DNA from: Nitrospirales bacterium
GTDB taxonomy: Bacteria; Nitrospirota; Nitrospiria; Nitrospirales; UBA8639
Reading direction: 5' to 3'
NCBI GenBank assembly: GCA_965203295.1
Contig: CBDBCZ010000015.1
Location: forward strand, 704,001-768,000
Length of the DNA stretch: 64,000 bases
Part shown: one piece after another, positions 37,629-50,109 of the stretch
How positions within the stretch are numbered: position 1 is the first letter of the stretch
Layout: each line of letters starts with the position of its first letter
Notes under the pieces: model-generated
The model's input: the letters and a program-made list of their open reading frames with translations, nothing else
The model's database searches: none
What the model was told of the DNA's origin: nothing
Made by a program: the position numbers and the translations under genes

Positions 37629-40177
37629 ACGTTGCGGGACCGTACATGGAGGTAAGTCACTGCATCTTGTAACCATTGGTTATAGAGCACGTGGTTCCAG
37701 CTCTCAGTGGTTCTTTTCCGATATGCAACAAATATGCAAACTAATTTATAAATGAACAACGTCTGACGGTGCTGTTTCAGGAAGTAGTCCAGTTTACACA
37801 GTCACTAGCTGTACTCTGCGAATGCATACAAACATGCCTGAGCACTGTACATGTATTATCCATGGTCATGACACGTCCTAACCAGAAACGTTCCAAGTGA
37901 CCCCACGCACCAAATTTAATACACACAGGTTATTCATTGTACGTGCGCCTAAGATACAACAGCAAACTTTGGGATGTTTACTGGCTTTGAGTTAGCGTAC
38001 AGTACAGCTCCTACACCAACCGCGTTCTGGACTTCCAACACAACCCCGTTGAGCAGCTGGCACAAATTCGATCAAAGTTAGAGTTTCCATGGTCAGAAAT
38101 TACTCCACCAACAGAACAGCCCCTGTATGCTTTACCTTACTATAATACTTTCAGTGCACAAAGGGGCTGATTGAGACGCTGAAGGGTCAACAAGCTATTC
38201 AAAATAACTTACGCTGTAGGTGCAACGAGTGAAGGTATTCATCGCTCACGATCAGTATAGTACACTCCGTCTTGAGTTCAAGAACAGTTTCGAACGCATA
38301 CACATGCATACGTGTACCACGTCTTGGCAAAAAAGTACTTAATAATATTTTAATAACTTATTCACGTGAGAACGCTGCTTATGCGATGATGTCATGGCTT
38401 CGCGAAGAGCCAAAGGGCATGCAATCACGATAATTGTATATAGCAATTACTGATATTCCTGCCTGAGTACCCCCTGAAAGGAAGGATGTGCCACCAGTAT
38501 TGGACTTGCTTCCTAAAACAAATAGAGTGATTGAACCTTAGCACTAGATGTGGGGGCAGTGGATAATACAATGCACCTGTACCTCTGGTTGGCCCGGGTG
38601 GGGCTGGTGTTTCTAGCTGAGCATTTGAATGGGACACTGCAGTCCCAGCGCATGTGGTAGACTATATTAACACGATTGAGCACGTTTATATACAAATAGG
38701 AGGAGGGGCTGTGCACACCTACACCTCTGGTTGGGGTGGGACCAGCGTTTGCAGCTGAATGGATACGGGACTTGCTTTCCTATAATGAAAGAACTGTATA
38801 GGATTGGACAGATTAGAAGTAGGGGAGGGGCTGTACCAATACATCAGGTTGGGGTTGGGCTGGTGTATCAGTGCACGTGGCAACCCTTGGAAGTAACAGC
38901 ATCAATGTGGTGGAGTTGCTCTCCTATTGTGAAAAATAAGCAAACAATATTGGACAGTTTAAAAAAAAACTAAATAATCAGTACAGCAGAATCAATGCGA
39001 CATAGGATTGGGTACCTGTTGCTGTGGTTGAGGTAGGGATGATTTCTTACCACCATGCTAGGCTAGTCTTGTGACCAGCTGGAAGAAAAGTTTGCAACCT
39101 TTTTTCCGGCTGGTCACGAGACTACATGCGTGGCACCCTAGACTGTGCTTAGGGGGAGAATGGTCAGTGTCAGTCAAGCCTTCAACCTGTTAATTGCCTC
39201 AATGTGTTACAGATCAAGCGGATACCTATACTCTCTAAATCAAACTCTATCGAAGCAAAATTACATGCAGAAACTAGAAATAATTTTGTGGTGCATGTAG
39301 CCAACATGATGGTGAAAAAAAGAACCTCAGATCAAGTGGACATGCAATTATACTCTCTAAATCACTTTCTGCAGAAACTTATCTCCCTGCTCAGGAAATT
39401 GGCAGGTTCCTCCTGGGTGTAATGAGCTGCTGGATGCATGCTGTGCAGCCCTGAGTGGACTTCTGTAGCAGATATACACAATGTAATTGAGGATGAATAT
39501 AACTATGAGTGTAATCATGCACCAGGTTCTACTATTACATCCACCAAAGAATTACAGCAGCAAGGAGGTAATTTTAAAAAGAGAAAGAACTGTGAGACTA
39601 AGGGAACAATCATGTGAATGAGTAAAGTTCAATTTTTGGATATGAGAATATTATAATACTTGTGCTTGAGATGTGATTCTGAACAATTATTTAATTCCCT
39701 CAGCTAGTAGTAACTGGCACATTGAAGAGACAAAAAATGCTTACAACTTAAGCATAAAAAAGGAAAAATTTCTAGTGAGCTTTTTTTAAGAGTTTCACCT
39801 TCACTTCGCATCTACCGGTAATAATTTCTAGGGAGCGTTTAGAAAAAAAAAAGTTTCACCCAAAGGGCCAGGGTGTGGAAGCTCAAGCGGCTAACGAACA
39901 AGAACTGACCCCCGATGGATCCACTCCGCAGCGCATACAGGTTTATACTGGAAGTAAGGGAGGTAGGGGGCGGTCCCTAAGCCATAATGCCCCAAACCTT
40001 CAGTGCACGAGCCGAGATTCGAACTCGCGATCACTGTCTCCAGACACTGCGCTACTGCTCCCAGCACCACGAGGGGTGTTGGTGACAGGAGACGAACATT
40101 TCTCTCTTTTATGTCAGCACTACTTTCATAATATACATGACAGTACATTCGGAAGAGAAAAAAAGGAAAATTGAAAT

Positions 40178-40246
40178 TCCCAGGCGGATTCGAACCCGCG
40201 ACCTTTTCATTTGAAGGTGTGACGATTACCGCTACGCCACGCCTGC
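40178..40246 (-). ncRNA. tRNA-derived Pol III-like unit (SINE head or tRNA pseudogene); a second, more degenerate head lies at about 40005-40075
   Basis: Minus strand has A-box TGGCGTAGCGG, B-box GGTTCGAATCC and a downstream T-rich terminator. Anticodon and acceptor stems pair poorly. Confidence 0.6.
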
Positions 40247-41210
40247 TTCTGGAAATTTGATAGAAAATTTTCAGTTAAATATCATAATTATGGCAAAATT
40301 ATAGACGCGAACAGGACGTGTAGTAGTCTCGCGGGCCAGGCTAAGCAGGTAGCGCCATTCACTTATGCACAATCAAGGGTAAAGATCGCTTACTAAGCGA
40401 TCCTTAGCCTTGAGTGTAGGAATGCTGCTCATGTGAGTATGCTGGGTATCAGCGCATGCATTGACATTGGGTAGGGCTAGTTGATTAATTCTACCTCTGT
40501 TCACGTTCATACTATCATAGCCCCACCCAAACCTTCCGAGAAGAGAGCTAAACATGCGCAGGTGAGCGCTGTGAGGTTAAGAAGGACAGACTATGCACTT
40601 GCTGTCCTGGGAAGAGGTACAAGTACGCTACTGAAGTTTTGTAAAACTACTTTGCCGTGATGGGATGTCCATTATAGATTTTATTGACTGCGTACAAACA
40701 TTGATGTTGAAAGCCAGCGATCTAATAGATAATACACTTTATACATGGCATGATTTGGGTTATTGCGTCATGCGACCACCGCATTTCGGATGGTGCATGG
40801 ATCACGGGTCACCCATGCATAGATATGGATGTAGTTGTGGTTTCACTATGTACCTCAATGCAATACACATACAATTATGCACAAGTTCAGGTGATGTACT
40901 GCTGCATAATAGCTACACCTGATTCACCGATTCATTCAATATCATCTAGCTACTATGATATGTGAAAGTAAATGCATGGTTACTGCACTCTGGTGCAGTA
41001 CATCACCATTCAGACCAGTGACCAGGTCACTTGGTGCACTAGTTCACTGGTTCACCTGGTGCACCGGGTTACTGGTTCACCCGGTGCACCGGTTTACTAG
41101 TTCACCTGGTGCACTGGGTCACTGGTGCACCTGGTGCACCGGGTTACTGGTTCACCTGGTGCACTGGTGCACCGGGTCACTGGTGCAAAGCTTCCCCAAT
41201 AAGATCCCGC

Positions 41211-42561
41211 ATGAAAAAGAGGAAGACTACCTCACAAGGTTAATTACAATATCTATTGGTATCCCAGAGGCCAATTATGAATATGTAAACATTCTAGACC
41301 AATCTGTTGTATTGCCCTGCATAGACTAACAGTTGATCTAGGCATTGCATGCATAGGCCCGGTTAGCATTGCATGCACAGGCCCATTTAGCATTGCATGC
41401 ACAGCATGGTTAAGTTGTCAGCTTGTGGATAATTGTTACACATCACAGGCCACAAGCTGACCTCAGAGGCGTCCCATGCAGCTGCAGCCTTGCCATCACC
41501 CCCGAGGAGAATGAAGACTCGAGGTAGTGTCAGCTACTGTTAAATGCATTACAGATCTAATTGCAAGTAGATATGTGGAAATCAGGCCAAAGAACATTCT
41601 GCTGAGCGATATATATATGTACAGATGTACCTATTTAGCAATGCATGTTGTCAGCTTTACCTACACATCACAGGCCACAAGGTAACCTCAGAGGCATCCC
41701 ACGGAGCTGCAGCCTTGCCATCGCCCCCGAGGAGAATGAAGACTCGAGGTAGTGTCAGCTACTGTTAAATGCATTACAGATCTAATTGCAAGTAGATATG
41801 TGGAAATCAGGCCAAAGAACATTCTGCTGAGCGATATATATATGTACAGATGTACCTATTTAGCAATGCATGTTGTCAGCTTTACCTACACATCACAGGC
41901 CACAAGGTAACCTCAGAGGCATCCCACGGAGCTGCAGCCTTGCCATCGCCCCCGAGGAGAATGAAGACTCAAGGTAACACCAGCTACTATTATGCATTGC
42001 AGAGCTAATTATAGAATCCCATTGTGAAAATCAGGCCAAAGAATTATGCTAAGAGATAGTAGATGTGCCTTTTTAGCAATGCATATTTCCGGCATTACCA
42101 ACATAGCTCTTATCACTGCACATCACAGGCCACAAGATGACCTCAGAGGAGGAGGCATCTCATAAAGTTTCAGCCTTGCCGGTGCCATCACCCTCAAAGA
42201 GAATGCCTCAAGGTATTAATTATGTGGTGTAGTGTAAAGACTAGTTCTAGATGCTGCAGTTGGCACTTATCATTACATGAATGCATCTGGACTCAAAGTA
42301 AGAGCGTATTTGTACATATCTCCAGGTGTGCGCAAGAAGCTACAGTTTCTGACGGCCCGGAAGCATGTGGCAAGGGAATACATGCTTGAAAATAAGCTTT
42401 CTCTGGACCCTAACACTTGTCTGCCTTGTGGTAAGGCCTTTTCAGAAGGCCAGGAGCTGCTCTGGGTTGGGTGTGACAACTGCCCGAGGTGGTACCACAA
42501 GAAGTGTGTTCACAACCCACAAATGAAGAAATTTTGGAAGTGTCCCGTTTGCAAGATCTGA
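41211..42561 (+). CDS. Putative spliced PHD-finger protein inside the TIR element
   Basis: Tentative first exon 41211-41238 (MKKRKTTSQ). Four phase 1-1 exons at 41449-41523, 41674-41748, 41899-41973 and 42129-42212 (HKxTSEASH..AALPSPPRRMKT type). Last exon 42326-42561 has the C4HC3 finger CLPC...WVGCDNCPRWYHKKC...WKCPVC. Confidence 0.65.
41440..42220 (+). repeat. Tandem repeat with ~225-bp period, about 3.5 copies, each holding one exon
   Basis: CATCACAGGCCACAAG recurs at 41441, 41666, 41891 and 42121. Confidence 0.9.
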
Positions 42562-43525
42562 ACTCCTTACATAATAATTGCATTGGGTTTCTAAAAAGTG
42601 TTTTGTCCCTATACTGTATACTGAAGATATATATGTTGTAGCTAAAGAAAAAAAAACAGCCCCTTGCTAGCTCACTGCATGGGGAAGGGAAGCACTTTAC
42701 CAGATCGTATAGTCTGTGACTACTAACATGTATACACCTCTTGCAGGTACTCCGTCTAAGTGGGTTCACGAGACTGTAACTCTCCACTCATTGCATTAAC
42801 ACCTTGCACGCCTAGTAATCATGCATACAAAAAAGTGCCTTTAGAGTGCCTAGGTCTTATCTTAGAAAAAAAAAGTGGGGTGAAAACCCAGGAAATTAAC
42901 CTGGAGCATGCACTCCTGAATACATTTTTTTTAACTGAGAGAAACCATCCAGGAAGCTTAGGTAGTTGCACTACAACATGCTACTTTATATAGCCATGAT
43001 GCATAGAAGCGTTGTAGGCATGCCAGAAATGATTTTTTCTGATTGTCACATACACCAGGACCTTTCAAGTACTTGCAAGGAAACTCTGCATGGGCAGTGA
43101 TCCATGACTCAGTGCACCTCCATGGTGGTGCACCAGTGACCCAGTGCACCAGGTGAACCAGTAACCCGGTGCACCTGTGCACCAGTGACCCGGTGCACCT
43201 AGTGCACCAGTGACCCAGTGCACCGGTGCACCAGGTGAACCAGTAACCTAGTGCACCGGGTGAACCAGTAACCTAGTGCACCGGGTGAACTGGTGTGCCA
43301 CTAGCAAAACAGTGTATCAGTAAATTTCACTCTGGTGCAGTACAGCTTGCAAGTCTGTGACTTAACCATTTACTTTCACATATATATCACAGTAGATGAT
43401 ATAGAATGGATTGTGCTCCAGTGAACAATGTACCATTAAAGTTCTAACACTACTTTCACAACCCATCCCATATTGGTATCTTGCACATGACTCTTCACGT
43501 GTTGCACATGTTTTGTTCATGCCAG

Positions 43526-43621
43526 ACCTGGTGGACTTTGCTGATGAGGAAGGCTATGGGAAGTACCTGGATCTCCACGAGGTCTATGACTACTACGTAC
43601 ATCAACCTCAAGCAGATAGAG
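43526..43621 (+). pseudogene. SF3A3: Orphan, frameshifted exon of SF3A3/PRP9 (copy 1)
   Basis: DLVDFADEEGYGKYLDLHEVYDYY-INLKQIE matches the SF3A3 FTDEEGYGRYLDLH..Y..YINLK motif. AG/GT flanks are intact. A 4-bp GTAC insertion sits at 43597-43600. Confidence 0.8.
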
Positions 43622-43689
43622 GTACAGCTATAGTAATATGGTCTTAATGTTGTACTGTTTATGCATGTAGGGATTAGTTATGCAGAAAT

Positions 43690-44350
43690 TAAAAAGTGTT
43701 CTGAAAGCCTAAAAATGATGGACTAGTTGGGGAACCTTTTCAGTATGGTGGCAAAGGAATGGCTAATCTGTTGAAAGTCTTATGTGCGGTAGTTTGGACA
43801 GAGGAGAGTATTCTTAGACAAGGATTAATTGTTAGCTTGCATAAGAAAGGTGATGCTGAGGACCCAGGTAATTACAGAGGCATTACACTATTGAATGTGG
43901 TCGGAAAGCAAGATTCTAAATAATCGCTTAGTATGCACATTAGAATCAGAAAGGGTTCTTCATGAGGGTCAGGCAGGGTTTAGAGAGAAATGGAGTTGTG
44001 TTGATAACATCTTCACTCTAAGAGAAATTATACGAGGGAAGGAAAGGACACATACTCTTTTTTTTTAGATGTTCAGAAAGCATTTGACGCAGTTTGGCAT
44101 GATGGTTTATGGTTTTAAGTTATGGGAACTTGGGGTTACATGTAGGGGTAGGATGTGGAGAGTTATTAAGAATATGTATGACATCACACAGAGTGCTGTT
44201 TTACTGGAGGGAGAAATATCTGGGCCATTCAATATAGGTCAGGGGTGGCACAGGGTTGTAGTATGTCGCCTATCCTCTTTTCCATTTTTTATTAATCAGT
44301 TGTTAGATGAGGTTGAAAAGGCTGGGATCAGTACAGTTGCAAGAAAGATA
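43690..44350 (+). mobile_element. Decayed LINE reverse-transcriptase fragment
   Basis: KKGDAEDPGNYRGITLLNVVGK, HEGQAGFR, DVQKAFDAVWHDGL and QGCSMSPILFSIFIN read across frameshifts. Confidence 0.85.
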
Positions 44351-45325
44351 ATTATTCGGTACTTCACCCTACTTTATGGTAGTGAGTGCCTCTTTTTCCT
44401 ACGTATATGATGGGCTACTAAACACCTTGAACCTGAAACAGCTGGCTTCCGTTTCACCAAGAGTATTGTACTACATGTATCTTTTAGCAGCAAGCCACTT
44501 ACAACCGACTGTCTTCAAGACTTCTTTGTTCCTACATTCTCAGATTGTATGCAAGGACAACTGAGGAGACACTTATTCACAACTGGGTCACTTTTGTTGA
44601 AGAAGTCTCAGGTAATGTAAACTACATTCTGAAAGTATAGCTATAATATAGCCGGCCAAGGGTGACGGCTATCTTTACTATGACTTTTGTCTATACCTTT
44701 ATATGTATGCATTTACTAGTGCCTGATGATGTTAATAATTCACCACTGGCGCTTCTGCCATCCCCCACTTGGGTTCCAGCCCAATCCAACGATAAACTTT
44801 GTTGAGTGGGAGTGCCTCCCCTTTGCATAATCATGTGAGAATATTATTCATTTCCCATTGTAAATTACTACCACTTCAAGGAGAGGATGAGCTTTGCTTT
44901 AAGTGGTTTTCATTGGTTTGGGTGTGTTTGAACAATGAACTGTAGATCTACATGTAGCTAGCTGCTCCATTTTGTGTTAATGATCATGGACCACTGATCC
45001 TTGCACACGTGTAGCTATGTTTCTACAGCACACTGCCCAGAGTTATGTGACCATAGACCAACATTCTGTTTTCAACTTTGCTCTAGGGTCATTTGTGGTA
45101 CTCATACGTGTAGCTTGCTATGCATGTTTTAATTGAATGCGTGAAAATCTCTCAGGTACAACAATACCCTAACGAGTTCCACTACCTTAGCTAGGTAGCT
45201 CAGAGTGGATTATGAGTTGACCATGGATCTGTGTCCAGATAACAACTACATGTTCAGAGGGGGGTAGGGGGTTACAAGAAATAGCTCAAAATTCTCCTGG
45301 GGGCATACCACCCAGTATGAAAGCC

Positions 45326-45393
<68 letters not shown>

Positions 45394-46674
45394 AATCACA
45401 ATTTCGTTAAATAGAAGTTAATCATGCTTAAATGCTTAGTCTAATATCATGATTTGCTGTTCATCTTCATCAGTAGCAAACTCATCTACTCATTATCAAC
45501 TTGCAGCAGTGCATGCTATTATGTGTATGTGTGGTATATTGTTGAATCAGTGTGACCATAGATAGTATCTTCAACTGACATGATCCTCATTAGCTCACAG
45601 TATTGAAAAGCCAAACTGGTCAACATGTTGAACTGGTAGCATTAATGGATACAATTTCATCTACACATCATCAGCTTAATTGCAACAGTATATTTTGCTC
45701 AGGCCAGACTGTGGGTGGGGCTTTAACAGATGAAGAAATTTTGCATTCTAGCTACGAATGTTAAATTTATGCATTATTACGCTGAGGTCATGGTTATGGT
45801 GTATATCCATTCAGTGTAGGCTTTCATGTTGTCAACATAGTTATATTTAGTTTACAATACATATCGTGTACTGTTTGTCGTGCTTGTACGTTGTTCACTT
45901 TGTTACATAAAATTCCTTCTGTGACTGTGTATTTTGCAGTGGCAGAATAATTGAAGGGCTGAGAACCAGAATGGTCTAACCCACCCAATTGAGCTTACCC
46001 TCGCAAACTGAATTTCAGGAGCTAGCTACTCAAGATTTATAATGGACACATTTATGCTCCTAGTGCATGTTTGTACAGTTCATGCAATTTCCAGTTGGGT
46101 TAGACTTAGTACTGTGGTTCTCGATCAGCCCTTCAATTGATGATGTGGGGATATCAACTTTGGCTACCATATTTGGGTTTGGATGGCTCCAGATTGCATG
46201 CAAATGAACATTTCTGGGGGAGTATACGTATGCCCGAGACTGCCAATGCATGCATGCTTCGATCATTGCCCCAACCCCACAACAGCATATAGCCACCCCC
46301 TACAAAGAACACGTAATCCTGGGTGCAATACTGGCCTTCATCTGTGAGCACTGTAAAATATACATGCACCTAGACCAGCCCATGCTAATGAACAGCTCTG
46401 GTATGTGTACCTGAGGGAGTATAGCGGCCTGTCAAAACTATTCCAAGAAACGAACAATTTGGAACAGGTTCTCACATTACCACCCACAGATCAGACAGCC
46501 AAGGGCACCTTTCATCCCAAATTTCTATTGTGGTTGGGGTCTGTTTGGAGGGAGAGATTTTACTGGTCGGCTCCTAGCGCGGCTCTGATGGCACAGCTAT
46601 AATGATCATAGGAATATATCAGATGTGAAGGTGAAGTGCACTGCCAGTAATCAAGAACATACTGAGTAGTATCT

Positions 46675-46770
46675 ACCATGCAATACCATACAGTACCATG
46701 TAATATCATGCAGTACCACTGAGTACCGTTCAATACCGTGCAGTACCATGGAATATCATGCATACCACGC
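46675..46770 (+). repeat. Degenerate ~10-bp tandem repeat (TACCATGCAG-like)
   Basis: TACCATGCAA TACCATACAG TACCATGTAA TATCATGCAG TACCAC... Confidence 0.7.
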
Positions 46771-47005
46771 ACCAACGCGTACACAAAGTGCACAACCATT
46801 GCACTCGCGATTACAGTATGATGTAATATCGATCGTATTACAGTACATGTAATATAGTATGATGTAATGTAAGGAACGCTGATCAATGATCATGAGCTCT
46901 CATATCAATGAGCGAGAGAATAGTATACATGTAACATGCCTTAACATATTGATAGCAGGTATGTGTATCTTGCACATGACTCTGCACATGTCTCCTTCTT
47001 GCCAG

Positions 47006-47505
47006 ACTTGGTGGACTTCACTGATGAGGAAGGCAAAGGGAAGTACCTGCCATGGTTCTCCACGAGGTCTACGACTACTACATGTACATACCTCGACCTC
47101 AAGCAGATAGAAGTACTGGTACAACTATAGTAATATGGTCTTAATGTTATAGTCCTCCCTTTACTTGCATGGAAAGGTATTTCCGTTATTGGTCCCAACA
47201 CTGACTCTAAAAGAGGCCTTTGGAAAGCCTGTCAACCCAAAATGCTATGAGAACTCTCAAACTGACAGAGCAAAGCATAGTACTAACATGTAAGTGACAC
47301 ACGGGTTGAAAATTGTCTAAAACATATTTTATGTTTCTCTTTTACAGAAGTGGAGTCACTAAAGTGCCTAATACATATACTGCAAGTGAAAGACATTCCT
47401 GTCAATATTCCTCTCTGTAGAAAGTTGACTACCTGACCTACTTACAGATATTAGATCGACTCTTTGAAAACACTACAAAAAGAAAAAAACTGTGGAATGC
47501 AAAAA
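47006..47505 (+). pseudogene. SF3A3: SF3A3/PRP9 pseudogene fragment (copy 2, two exons)
   Basis: 47006 to about 47112 is a more damaged copy of the 43526 exon with shared intronic flanks. 47421 to about 47505 reads KVDYLTYLQILDRLFE, matching the next SF3A3 exon (KLDYITYLSIFDQLFD-type). Confidence 0.75.
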
Positions 47506-48439
47506 GTGAAATGGCTGAGTAAAGGGCTCTAATATTTGGGTGAGTAAAGGGCATTCAGGCATACAAGTATATATTAGATTCTTAGGTAGTCATATGCTGC
47601 AGGAATAGGAAGAATTATTATTATGGTTGACACATATGCCATGAATAAACTGCTTATAAAATTGTTACAATGCAGGCAGCTACCTGTCTCGTAGGAATTG
47701 TCATTCATGTATGTACAACTGCAGTGCTTTGTATGTGTACATCGTACACATGTAGCAGTAATCCTCGAAATACATGCACATGCAACTGAACATATACAAT
47801 AAGTGTACAGCAGATTAGATATATAGCGGGATAAACACTGAATATAGATAGTCCATACATCTTAATGCATTGTGCATGCATACCAAAATTGATATATAGT
47901 CCACTACATTAGTTCAGTACTGATGCCACATTTCCCCTTCTGGATATATTCAAAGTGAATGACTGCCTATTATTCTTACATTATTCCCAAGTGAAATCAA
48001 TTCATTAATATCACTTTCATCTGTTGCTGGCTGGCTTGTGCTGGCTGGCTAATTTGCATGCCGTAAACCAGCCATTCTCCAATCACAACCATTGCCAGAC
48101 GCCAAAAATGTATGCACAGTTTGTGGTGGGTGAAATCTACTCTGAATATTTCCGTTCAAAACTCGCATTCCCGAAAACTGTCCTATTATTTCCGCATTAT
48201 TCTCGATGCTTCTTCATGTATTATTCCCATTATCCCAGCATAATCCATCCAAGCCTAATGCATGGATAACGTGTATAGTACGTGTGACACGTACACGTAA
48301 GACTTCATTCCGAGCGAAGCGAGGCTATTTTTTGCAAACAAAACATATTCAGGCAGGCAACTGGGCAAATATAGAAGTAGAAGACAAAAGAAAATAGAGT
48401 ATGGCATGTGTCTAACACGCACTGACATAATGTGAGTAT

Positions 48440-49740
48440 TAAAAGGTTAGAAAGTTAGTTAAAATGACCCTCCGCAACCTGAAGGTCAATTGGGCATTCG
48501 GTGGCTCCCCTGATGGCCTTGATTGAGGCTCTTAGAAGAGCAAAGCTCAGATCCAATTCAGAGTTACTGCTATGCGGTACCTCTCTTCTCGGCTATCATC
48601 GATGCGAGTCTCTTGTCGCAGCACGTTCCATCCCACCTGTTGTAGACAACACTAGTGGAGTGAATGTTGCACGCTCGACCCCACGGACTCGCTGGTCGTA
48701 CAGCCGTCTCTTCTCTTGCTCATGCCTGCGATACACGGATGATAGGGGACCATTACAATTCGATTGGGCGCTCGGGTTAAATACCAGTACATCGACAAAT
48801 GCCTTTTCAAATCTTCCCCCCCCCCCAAACCTGTACATTGCAACATTCAAGCGAGCACCATCTTCAGTGATTGCAGAGCGGTGAGAAAAGGTCTCGCCAG
48901 AGAGTGACTGTAGGTGGGGCTCGATTGTAACTGCATGACAAACTTCAGTCAATAGCGAAGCAGTAATGTCTCTGACTTTGTTGTGCTTCACAGCTGGGAA
49001 CCCCCCGATTTTGTAGGTGAGGAACACTGAATGGTTGTCCATAAGTGCAGTGTGATGGTGAGTTCTTAAGTGACCAACCATATCTGAGGGAGAGGCCATC
49101 TCTGAAGGCGGACTTGTGCAGAGCGAATCCATGCTCATCAATGGGCAGTGCTGTCAGCCAGGTTGAAGCTCCTTTTTCTTGGGAGAGTTCCATGGAACGT
49201 TGGAGAGGAGCCGGGAGTTGTCATCACAGGTTTTCCGCATCTTCCTTCTGCTTTGTACGTTTGTTAGAGTGGATTCTTCTCTTGATGTTTTGCTGAGCAT
49301 TATGGCAATTGTCGAGCTGTTGGTCCTGATTGATGATTCGCTCAACAAGTGGGGCACTAATCATCCTGGAGGCAGCCTGTTGCTCTTTTGCTACAGCAAC
49401 AGGATTCATGAGACCCAAACCGCCAAGTCTTGCAGGTAGTGCTAACAACTCACAAACATGTTCTCCTGGAGGAGGTTGCCCTGTGAGTGCAGGGATGAAG
49501 CGTGACTGGATTGCTTTCTTTAGAGATTCCAGAGTGTGACTGCTTCCCAATTAAATTATACCCTTTAAATAGAAGGTAGTTCCACTTTGAGGAGAGGCCG
49601 TGGGTGAATGCAGCATAAGCTACATGTGGTTGGGTCTCAGCAAACTTGCTAACCTCGTTTACCCAGCTTTTAACTTTTCTGTCGACATACTGGCGCAGAA
49701 AGGAGAAAGGAGGTAGTGCCAATCGCTCCGCCTGTTCCGA
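48440..49740 (-). mobile_element. CRE-clade non-LTR retrotransposon 3' fragment with restriction-like endonuclease region
   Basis: LALPARLGGLG, EKGASTWLTALP, HNKVRD, EDGARLNV, FVDVLVFNP, HEQEKRRLY and FTPLVLSTTGGM in frameshifted ORFs. Confidence 0.8.
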
Positions 49741-50109
49741 TTAATTCCCTTTTCTTCATGGTAGGCGTGCCACAAAATAAATGTGCCACACCCAGCAATT
49801 CTCGCGAAGCGAGGACGTCCCTGCACATCGATAGTATCTAGGCCTATATGCTGCACATTAATTGTGTAATATCACTAGTAAAAAATTATATTATCCATGA
49901 TCTATAGTTAGCCACGCCTGTTCGCCGTATCGGGAAATCTATTATATGATTCGAGTTGCTCGAGGCGAAGACTTCTGCTTTATCTCAGACTCTAGTAAGA
50001 CTTCTGGTGGTTTATCCAAATTAAGGGCGTTTTAATAGTTCTGACATGGTGATGTGAGTGATTTGTAAGGTCTACCCATAGATAATAGAGCTATTATCTA
50101 TGGTCTACC

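Larger units (their letters stand above)
40916..43423. mobile_element. ~2.5-kb TIR element with CAC...GTG ends and inverted subterminal ~9-bp tandem arrays; CACTA/CMC-like, non-autonomous
   Basis: The terminal ~65 bp are imperfect inverted repeats (ATCATCT..ACT.TGATATGTGAAAGTAAATG vs CATTTACTTTCACATAT..CACAGTAGATGAT). TGGTGCAC/GGTTCAC arrays at 41015-41187 are mirrored at 43125-43295. No clear TSD and no transposase. Confidence 0.7.

Noticed and set aside
40178..40246. Functional tRNA-Sec or opal suppressor tRNA
   Set aside because: No long variable arm, and the anticodon and acceptor stems do not pair properly.
41015..43295. CRISPR-like array
   Set aside because: Eukaryotic context, repeats lack unique spacers, and no cas genes; these are subterminal and tandem repeats.
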